Positions 7,562-13,841 of a DNA stretch of 32,000 nt are shown here, piece after piece; position 1 is the first letter of the stretch; each line of letters starts with the position of its first letter. Source of the DNA: Bdellovibrionales bacterium (GTDB lineage Bacteria; Bdellovibrionota; Bdellovibrionia; Bdellovibrionales; UBA1609). Both the position numbers and the translations under genes were made by a program. The notes beneath the pieces are model-generated. The model was not told the origin of the DNA. It saw only the letters and a program-made list of their open reading frames with translations, and ran no database searches. The stretch is taken from contig OY843585.1 of the NCBI GenBank assembly GCA_963692945.1, forward strand, positions 960,001 to 992,000, written 5' to 3'.

Positions 7562-10330
7562 ATGAATTTTTTTAAAAAATATGGTCGGATTGTTTTATGC
7601 AATCTTTTTTTGATTTTCTGTGTAAGTATTGCTCAGTCCCAACAATCACTTTTTCAAATGTTTTCTGTAAAAGTGAATCCTAGAGGGACTTATTTAAGAA
7701 CAGATCGTGATGATATCACTCGTATATATAATAACCAAGGAAGAGTGACTAGAACTTTTCGGCCTCTAGGGGCATCTTCTTTTTCTTTAAGTAGTCGCTC
7801 CATTATGCCAGGGGATTTTTTGCAACTTATGTCAAAAGGAGAGTTTGTTTTTGTAAGAAATGATAATTCTTCAATAAGCCGAGGTATGTTAGGAGTTTTT
7901 GTAGATTCAGATAGAAGTTTTTTAAATCCAGGGGAAGATAGTGATGAAAATATAGGAACCATATCTCTTCCTAGTTTCAATAGTGGTCGTTCTACGGATA
8001 TTCCTCAAGATTTTTATATTCCATACAATAGTGATCAATGTGTTACTGTTCAAGTCCCTGAAAATGCTTCCAGAATCTTATTTAGTGCTAATGATGCTTT
8101 TTTTTCAGATAACCATGATCCAGACGGAGATTTTAAAGCAGATATCTACATAAATAAATTAGATGTGGGTGTGGCTTATGCCAATCCTATGCAATCCATA
8201 TTTGCACCACAATTAAATGCCTCACAAGGTTATTATGAATGGCCTTATGATTTAGTGGCAAAAAAAGCTGCTTTTGTACAAGCAGGGTTTGATAAACTTT
8301 CTTCCAATATAGATAGTAGTATGACTTTCAATCCTGTTTTGAAAATTGACGATCAAGTTTATACGGATACAAAATGTATTATTAATAAAATTGAGAGTAG
8401 CTGTTCTTTTAGAGCTTCTGATTTTGGAGATGAGGAACAAATTTATAGAGTGTTTGTTATCCCTGAACTTACTTCCGGAAGACATAAAGTAGAAGTTACT
8501 TTATATCCTGAGATTCCTTCTGTTTTTTCTTCCTGTTTTGAGGACAGTGAAATGCATTTTAAAAGTTTTGAAGTTCTAGTTCATGACATTCAAGCTCCAC
8601 GAATTGCTATAGCAAAAACTCAGTGTATGGAAGATGCAGATAAACCAGATGCAAGTAAGACATGCAGTTTAAATAATGCAGATTACAATAAATTTACTAA
8701 CAGTAGAAGAAACTTAGAAATTAATTTATTTTCAGCAATGTTTCCTGTTCCTGATAAAGAGCAAATATTTTTTAAGTTGACCCATACGTCACTTTTTGAC
8801 CGAATAAATGATTTTTTTAATGCTATTTCAAAACATCTGAACACTCAAACAAACGATGAAGACAGTTTAAGCAGATCGATACGTTTAGCATTGAATATAA
8901 ATGGACTTAATCTAAGAAGAATACTATCTCGTGTTGATTATATAGTAGCTATTGCAACACCAATTTTTTTTACTGATGTTCTTGGACATACAGATGCTGT
9001 AGGTCTTTATTATGATGATGAGACTTCTAAAGTATCTAAAGTTGGTCTTGTTAGATCCGATCAATTAAATACAGGAACTATGCTTCATGAACTGGGGCAT
9101 GTTTTAGGACAAGGCAAAGATTTTTATGATGGTAGTGCCAGTAAATGCACAAAACATGATCTAAAAATAGCAATGAATGATAGGGAAGAACTACTTTGCA
9201 AAGATCTTAAACCTTTTGAAGGTTATAATTCCTTAGCTAAAGAGTATGTCTATGAAGAAAACAGCATTATGGGAGCTGCCTTAATTGATGAAGAAAATCA
9301 AGTTAGAGATCTATGGATAGATAGAGATACCTATATCACTGCTTTTAACACCTTAAAAAATCCAGCTCTTGATCCAGAATTAACTATTGTTTCTGGTATT
9401 TATGCAGGAGGAAGACTCTTTAACGGAAGAGTTAACAACTATGGAGCAGGATTGCTTGAACTTCTTTCTACACAAGGAGATTTGAGAGTGATGTTAAAGG
9501 ATGCTCAAAATAATATTCTTTCAGAAGCTAGGGCTTCCTCAACAGGTCAAGTGGAGATATTAAGAGCTGGAGGTGGGGAATCTATGGATCTTTCTGTTGT
9601 TCCTGTTATGGTGGTTTTGCCTTATCAAGCAAGAGCCAGCCAAGCTGTAATTATGAAAATGGAAGCAAATGGAAGTGAGACAATGATTTTTTCTAAAACT
9701 CTTCGTCCAGAAACAAGTGCCAGAAATACCTTGCTCTCAAGTCATAATCTTTTTTCTACAGAAAAACCTCTTCCTAAACTTCAAAAACCCCCAGGAGTTA
9801 ATCTATTGGAAAAATCAGCTGTGAATGGAACATCTATTACTTTTTCTAAATTTATCTATAATCCAGCCATTCGTATAGAGTTCAATTACAGTGCTTGTAA
9901 AAGTAAACCCGATGCAGGAGATGGTTTGTCTCTTGTTTTTGGGAAAAACCCAGAAGATTATTCGGTTTCTCTTCCAAGAGGTAATCAAGGAGTTTTGTTT
10001 AATGGGGAAGGCTTTTCTCTTCATTTGGATATAAAAGCAGGTCGTCTAGTTTTAAAAGACGGAAATGGAAAAGTCCTTAAACGTGTTACTCATCAAGTGG
10101 CTACAGGTTGTAGTGAATTTCAAAAGTTAAAAATTAGGATAAATGAAGATGGAACATTTCATCTTCTTCAAGGAAAAGATATCCTTTTGACTTACCAATT
10201 AACATCTGAACAAAGAGTAGCTATAGAGTCACAAGCTATTGGTTGGAGTGCTCACTCTTCAAATAATGGTCAGTATAGAGTAAAAGGTATTAAAATAGAT
10301 AGTATTCCCTTTCCAAGAGATGAGGAGTAA
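7562..10330 (+). CDS. Secreted HExxH zinc-metalloprotease-like protein with a C-terminal L-type-lectin/ConA-like domain (paralog B, 922 aa)
   Basis: A strong RBS, AAGGAGG, precedes the start, and there is a signal peptide (...CVSIAQSQ). HELGHVLGQGKDFYDG is present, with HELGH encoded at 9086-9100, followed by SIMG and WIDRDTY. The C-terminal ~190 aa carry the lectin-like motifs GDGLSLVFG, GFSLHLD and IGWSAHSS. Confidence 0.85.
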   Translation: MNFFKKYGRIVLCNLFLIFCVSIAQSQQSLFQMFSVKVNPRGTYLRTDRDDITRIYNNQGRVTRTFRPLGASSFSLSSRSIMPGDFLQLMSKGEFVFVRNDNSSISRGMLGVFVDSDRSFLNPGEDSDENIGTISLPSFNSGRSTDIPQDFYIPYNSDQCVTVQVPENASRILFSANDAFFSDNHDPDGDFKADIYINKLDVGVAYANPMQSIFAPQLNASQGYYEWPYDLVAKKAAFVQAGFDKLSSNIDSSMTFNPVLKIDDQVYTDTKCIINKIESSCSFRASDFGDEEQIYRVFVIPELTSGRHKVEVTLYPEIPSVFSSCFEDSEMHFKSFEVLVHDIQAPRIAIAKTQCMEDADKPDASKTCSLNNADYNKFTNSRRNLEINLFSAMFPVPDKEQIFFKLTHTSLFDRINDFFNAISKHLNTQTNDEDSLSRSIRLALNINGLNLRRILSRVDYIVAIATPIFFTDVLGHTDAVGLYYDDETSKVSKVGLVRSDQLNTGTMLHELGHVLGQGKDFYDGSASKCTKHDLKIAMNDREELLCKDLKPFEGYNSLAKEYVYEENSIMGAALIDEENQVRDLWIDRDTYITAFNTLKNPALDPELTIVSGIYAGGRLFNGRVNNYGAGLLELLSTQGDLRVMLKDAQNNILSEARASSTGQVEILRAGGGESMDLSVVPVMVVLPYQARASQAVIMKMEANGSETMIFSKTLRPETSARNTLLSSHNLFSTEKPLPKLQKPPGVNLLEKSAVNGTSITFSKFIYNPAIRIEFNYSACKSKPDAGDGLSLVFGKNPEDYSVSLPRGNQGVLFNGEGFSLHLDIKAGRLVLKDGNGKVLKRVTHQVATGCSEFQKLKIRINEDGTFHLLQGKDILLTYQLTSEQRVAIESQAIGWSAHSSNNGQYRVKGIKIDSIPFPRDEE

Positions 10331-10378
10331 AGTAGAATAAAGAAATAGATTTTTTAACTCAAAAAAAAAGGAGAGAAT

Positions 10379-11197
10379 TTGATAAATGCATCTAAAGTTA
10401 TCACTCTCTCCTTTTTGATTCTTTTTGGAGTTGAAGCTTTTTGTTGTAGGATAACAGTTACTGTTATGCAACGAGCTGTTTTTGCTAAGGGATCTTCTGA
10501 ATCAGAAAGAGCAAAAAGTTCTATTGAAAATATAAAAAAACTTCTTAAAAAAGGAATAGATATAAATTCACAAGATAATTATGGAAAAAGAACAGCTCTT
10601 CATATGACTGTAGCTACAAACAGCAAAAAACTAAAAGAACTAAAATTTTTACTAAATAAAGGAGCCAATGCAAATATACGAGATCATTATGATGCCACCC
10701 CTCTTCATCTGGCTGTAGCTTATAAGAATATGAAAAGACTTTCTACTCTTGTGCCACATACTTATACAAAACATATTAAAACAGCTTTATCTTTTGCAAA
10801 AGAGCAAAAAACTTTATTAAAATCTATGGGTTTAAAAAGATTTAAGTTGAAATATCGAACCAGATGTAGACGGAAAGTGGTTCCTTTTAATAGATCAGAC
10901 TCTCAATATAATCAAAAAATCAAAGAAGAATTAAAAAAGAAACTGGAATCTCTTGGTATAAAAGACATAGAAGTTAAGTATAAACCATATGGAGTATTTT
11001 CATCTATAGTTTATGACTCTATTATGGATCGCCAGGGAATGTATAAAATAGATGACAAAGAATTAAAAAAGAAAAGAGAGGGTTACATCAAGAAATTTGA
11101 TGAAATCATTAAAATCTTATCGGATGAGATAGTTTATAGAGAAAAGCTAAAAAAGGAAAAGACCAAAAAAGAAGAACAAAAAAAAGAAAGAAACTAA
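10379..11197 (+). CDS. Exported ankyrin-repeat protein with a Lys-rich C-terminal half
   Basis: A TTG start lies 5 nt after AAGGAG. The N-terminus is hydrophobic. ANK repeats are visible (GKRTALHMTVATNS...LLNKGANANIRDHYDATPLHLAVAYKN). Confidence 0.75.
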   Translation: MINASKVITLSFLILFGVEAFCCRITVTVMQRAVFAKGSSESERAKSSIENIKKLLKKGIDINSQDNYGKRTALHMTVATNSKKLKELKFLLNKGANANIRDHYDATPLHLAVAYKNMKRLSTLVPHTYTKHIKTALSFAKEQKTLLKSMGLKRFKLKYRTRCRRKVVPFNRSDSQYNQKIKEELKKKLESLGIKDIEVKYKPYGVFSSIVYDSIMDRQGMYKIDDKELKKKREGYIKKFDEIIKILSDEIVYREKLKKEKTKKEEQKKERN

Positions 11198-11353
11198 AAA
11201 ATAAAAATATCAAACTAATTCATCTTAAGCCTTTAAGTAGCAAAGAAGCTATTTCATCAATTAGAGTGTGGAATTTTTCTTTTTTGCATAATTTTAAATT
11301 TTCCTAAATAAACAACTAAAGTTTTTTTGATATTTTTCCGATATATTATTTTA

Positions 11354-11512
11354 ATGTCCTTTAAAAGTCTTTTTCTTCTTCTTTTATTTTCCCCTATTTT
11401 AAGTTTTTCTGAAAATCTTGTGATGTTCCCTGAAAGCTATAATTTTATAAAAGAAAAAGCTTACTCAAAAAAAGATAAAGAATATCTTTTTGAAATGGGA
11501 AAAATATTATGA
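11354..11512 (+). CDS. Possible small exported peptide (52 aa)
   Basis: An ATG at 11354 gives MSFKSLFLLLLFSPILSFSEN, which is signal-like. Its stop overlaps the next gene's ATG (ATGA at 11509-11512). No homology is recognised. The ORF track's TTG at 11327 is an alternative start. Confidence 0.3.
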   Translation: MSFKSLFLLLLFSPILSFSENLVMFPESYNFIKEKAYSKKDKEYLFEMGKIL

Positions 11513-12099
11513 AATATATTTTATTTGTTGCTTTACTTTTTCAACTCTCTTGTAAAAAGAATCAAGGGATAAATGATGAGTCAGAAGAAATCCGAAGATA
11601 CATTGAAGCCAATAGACTTTTTAAAACCATAGAAGAAGCTCAAAAACACCTTGAAGCCAATAGAAAGTATGAAATGGTTAAAGGTTGCAAGGTGATAGAA
11701 CGAACTCGCATTATTGAATCTGGTATATTTATTGCCATAGATCCAGTAGGTGAGCTATTAGAAACAAACAGAGTATACTTAACAATACTTGATGATCTTG
11801 TAAGATCTGTTGTGTTTGGAGACACAAAAGCTGTAAAATGTCTTCTAGATAAAGATCATGACCCTAATTCAAGAAGTAATACATTTGGAGCAGCAAAACT
11901 ACACTCAGCTCTTTTTTGGGCTATTGTTCAAAATTTTCCTAAAATCGTAAAACTTCTGATAGAAGCAGGAGCCGATGTGAACGAAAAAAATGAAGACGGA
12001 GTCCCTTTTCTTTTAGAAGAAGCAGAATTCTTAAAACATACAGAAGTGGCTAAAATCCTTAAAGCTCACGGAGCCAAAGCAAGAAAACCAATTCGTTAA
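11509..12099 (+). CDS. Ankyrin-repeat protein, probable lipoprotein
   Basis: MKYILFVALLFQLSCKKN is a signal peptide with a probable lipobox. The C-terminal ANK repeats read LHSALFWAIVQNFPKIVKLLIEAGADVNEKNEDGVPFL...HTEVAKILKAHGA. Confidence 0.8.
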   Translation: MKYILFVALLFQLSCKKNQGINDESEEIRRYIEANRLFKTIEEAQKHLEANRKYEMVKGCKVIERTRIIESGIFIAIDPVGELLETNRVYLTILDDLVRSVVFGDTKAVKCLLDKDHDPNSRSNTFGAAKLHSALFWAIVQNFPKIVKLLIEAGADVNEKNEDGVPFLLEEAEFLKHTEVAKILKAHGAKARKPIR

Positions 12100-12140
12100 A
12101 TAATTTGTTTAATTGATTTATGGAATCATTTTAACAAAAA

Positions 12141-12237
12141 TGGTGGAGGGAGTGATTTGCCTACTACATTCGTTCGCATCCAGCTCACTCATTGCGTAGG
12201 CTCACCTCAGTCACTAAGAAAAACATCCTGTTTTTCT
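12141..12237. repeat. Repeat A, copy 1: a diverged tRNA-3'-end-like segment fused to a conserved 81-nt sequence ending in a hairpin
   Basis: 12157-12237 matches 12653-12733 at 80/81 positions. 12141-12156 is a diverged version of the tRNA 3' end (minus-strand reading ...CTCCCTCCACCA). The hairpin GAAAAACA-TCC-TGTTTTTC lies at 12218-12236. Confidence 0.85.
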
Positions 12238-12461
12238 CTGGTTCAAACATAAGCTGTTAGTAAGATGCAAAAAACAGTAGTTTTTCTTTAGTTCAAACAT
12301 AAGTCTATTAAGCAACTCTTATTTTAACGAGATTTGAAGATCTTATCCATAAGCGAAAAACAGCAGTTTTTCTCTAGTTCAAACATAAGTCTATTAAGCA
12401 ACTCTTATTTTAACGAGATTTGAAGATCTTATCCATAAGCGAAAACCAGCAGTTTTTCTCT
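12238..12461. repeat. Repeat B: tandem units, each ending in a GAAAAAC-N4-GTTTTTC hairpin
   Basis: There is one short diverged unit (12238-12289). Two 86-nt units follow, at 12290-12375 and 12376-12461, and they match at 85/86 positions. Hairpins lie at about 12270-12285, 12355-12372 and 12441-12458. Confidence 0.9.
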
Positions 12462-12468
12462 ATGAATA

Positions 12469-12534
12469 CCTTTCTTATTTTCTGAACTTGAAGAGTGTCC
12501 CCTTTTACGATGAAAGGTCAGAAAATAAGAAAGG
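12469..12534. repeat. Perfect 17-bp inverted repeat with a 32-nt loop
   Basis: CCTTTCTTATTTTCTGA (12469-12485) is the reverse complement of TCAGAAAATAAGAAAGG (12518-12534). Confidence 0.85.
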
Positions 12535-12634
12535 ATACACTAGAGTTTTGTAAAAGAGTGTCCCTTTTACGATGAAAAGCTCGTTAGAATAAGAGTAAGA
12601 AAATATCTAAGTAACTGAACTAGAGTTTTGTAAA
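12492..12634. repeat. Repeat C: two direct units bounded by AGAGTGTCCC(C)TTTTACGATGAAA and CTAGAGTTTTGTAAA
   Basis: The units are 12492-12554 and 12555-12634. The second contains an inverted, diverged copy of part of repeat B (CTCGTTAGAATAAGAGT versus the reverse complement of B, CTCGTTAAAATAAGAGT). Confidence 0.75.
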
Positions 12635-12733
12635 TGGTAGCGAGGGATGGACTTGCCTACTATATTCGTTCGCATCCAGCTCACTCATTGCGTAGGCTCA
12701 CCTCAGTCACTAAGAAAAACATCCTGTTTTTCT
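12635..12733. repeat. Repeat A, copy 2: a displaced tRNA 3'-end copy (att-like) fused to the conserved 81-nt sequence
   Basis: 12635-12655 matches the tRNA gene's 3'-terminal 21 nt (13079-13099) at 20/21 positions. Identity stops inside the T-loop. The 81-nt sequence shared with copy 1 follows. A hairpin lies at 12714-12732. Confidence 0.85.
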
Positions 12734-12748
12734 TCCCTGCATCACTTG

Positions 12749-12949
12749 CTCCTAAAGTCGCAAGTGATTTGCTTCTAAAGTCGCAAGTGATTTGCTCCTA
12801 AAGTCGCAAGTGATTTGCTCCTAAAGTCGCAAGTGATTTGCTCCTAAAGTCGCAAGTGATTTGCTCCTAAAGTCGCAAGTGATTTGCTCCTAAAGTCGCA
12901 AGTGATTTGCTCCTAAAGTCGCAAGTGATTTGCTCCTAAAGTCGCAAGT
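12749..12949. repeat. Tandem array of a 23-bp unit, CTCCTAAAGTCGCAAGTGATTTG, in about 8.7 copies
   Basis: There are 8 full units plus a 17-nt partial unit, head to tail with no spacers. The only substitution is in unit 2, at 12774. Stop codons occur in all six frames. ATCACTTGC at 12741-12749 is an inverted copy of GCAAGTGAT at 12760-12768. Confidence 0.95.
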
Positions 12950-13012
12950 AACACAGGTCGTTCCTTCGTTTCAAGTCCTACAACCTCTACCTATTTAAAG
13001 CAGTAATAAATT

Positions 13013-13037
13013 AAAAAAATAGAAAGCTTTCGCTTCC
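13013..13037 (-). terminator. Probable intrinsic terminator downstream of the tRNA
   Basis: The minus strand reads GGAAGC-GAAA-GCTTTC, a 6-bp stem including one G-U pair and a GNRA loop, followed by TATTTTTTT. Confidence 0.45.
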
Positions 13038-13078
13038 CCTTTTTTTAATTTAGTAAATATTTGTTTTTCCGTTTAAAA

Positions 13079-13155
13079 TGGTAGCGAGGGAGGGACTTGA
13101 ACCCCCGACAAATGGATTATGATTCCACTGCTCTAACCACCTGAGCTACCCCGCC
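13079..13155 (-). tRNA. tRNA with a CAT anticodon; elongator tRNA-Met or lysidine-modified tRNA-Ile2, which cannot be distinguished by eye
   Basis: The 77-nt minus-strand sequence is GGCGGGGTAGCTCAGGTGGTTAGAGCAGTGGAATCATAATCCATTTGTCGGGGGTTCAAGTCCCTCCCTCGCTACCA. It folds as a cloverleaf with a 7-bp acceptor stem (G1-U72 and G5-U68 wobbles), a D arm GCTC/GAGC, an anticodon loop ATCATAA and a T arm GGGGG-TTCAAGT-CCCTC. The CCA end is encoded. It lacks initiator features. Confidence 0.9.
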
Positions 13156-13258
13156 TATGCTTTTTTCTTAACAAATTTTAAATCAAAAAGCCATATTTAA
13201 AAATAGAATAAAAGTTGTATTTTTTTTAAAATATCTTGTAGAATGATTTTAATCACTT

Positions 13259-13717
13259 ATGGTTACTACTATTAAAAATACATTTTTACTTGCTTTTTTT
13301 CTTTGCTGTAGCGCTGCCTGTGTGCATGTTTCTAAATCTGGTAATGTAAAACTTTATCCATCTTCTCGTGAAAAAACTTGGAAGGCTTTGATTTATATTT
13401 TTAAGTCTTATCCTATTAAAACTATTGATATAGAAAAAGGTTATATTGAAACCAAAGTTTTAAAAGGTTCAAAATATTGGACAGCCCCTCATCAAAAAAA
13501 TATAAATACTAATGGGTTAAGTGCCGTTATTAAAGCCTATTTATTTTATGACAAACCTTATTCTAAAGTAGAAATTCGGAAAACTATTTTTAAACAATCT
13601 ACTTTTTTTTCTGATCCTGAAATCGTAGATTCAGATTTTTTAGAAGAAAAAAACATACTCTATCGTCTTAAAAGAGAACTCTTTATCAGAAAGGTTTTTG
13701 ACAAAATTTCCAATTAG
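13259..13717 (+). CDS. Hypothetical lipoprotein (152 aa)
   Basis: The N-terminus is MVTTIKNTFLLAFFLCCSAAC (signal peptide with lipobox-like Cys). No family motif is recognised. Confidence 0.65.
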   Translation: MVTTIKNTFLLAFFLCCSAACVHVSKSGNVKLYPSSREKTWKALIYIFKSYPIKTIDIEKGYIETKVLKGSKYWTAPHQKNINTNGLSAVIKAYLFYDKPYSKVEIRKTIFKQSTFFSDPEIVDSDFLEEKNILYRLKRELFIRKVFDKISN

Positions 13718-13841
13718 CTAAGGCTAACTCTTATTTTAAAAAATAAACTCCTATAGATTAATATTTTCAACTAATGTCTTGAAAAATAAGCTTATAAGAA
13801 GTAAATAAGATGCACTAAAAGAAGTTGAGAAGGGTTTAATA

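Noticed and set aside
10259-10471. A minus-strand 70-aa ORF bridges the end of paralog B and the start of the ankyrin gene.
   Set aside because: It overlaps two supported plus-strand genes and their RBS. There is no signal of function, so it is likely spurious.
12141-12733. The A repeats could be a tmRNA (ssrA) gene or tmRNA 3' fragments. The minus-strand ends read ...TCCACCA and ...GCTACCA, and there is a loose resemblance to GCGAATGTA-type tmRNA sequence.
   Set aside because: No complementary 5' acceptor strand lies within a plausible distance. There is no intact T-arm (GGCAAATCAC or GGCAAGTCCATC instead of stem-TTCRANT-stem). No tag-peptide reading frame or resume codon context is present.
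12749-12949. The 23-bp repeat array could be a CRISPR array.
   Set aside because: The units are directly adjacent with no spacers, and the unit length is short. No cas genes or leader-like context are present in the window. It is a simple tandem repeat.
12971-12991. A plus-strand tRNA-3'-half-like string, TTCAAGTCCTACAACCTCTACC.
   Set aside because: There is no complementary T-stem 5' strand upstream and no CCA end. The 8-mer TCAAGTCC is expected about once by chance in a window this size.
13718-13841. An FMN (RFN) riboswitch might be expected upstream of the riboflavin genes.
   Set aside because: The leader is only about 124 nt and very AT-rich. It lacks the conserved G+C-rich RFN core helices.
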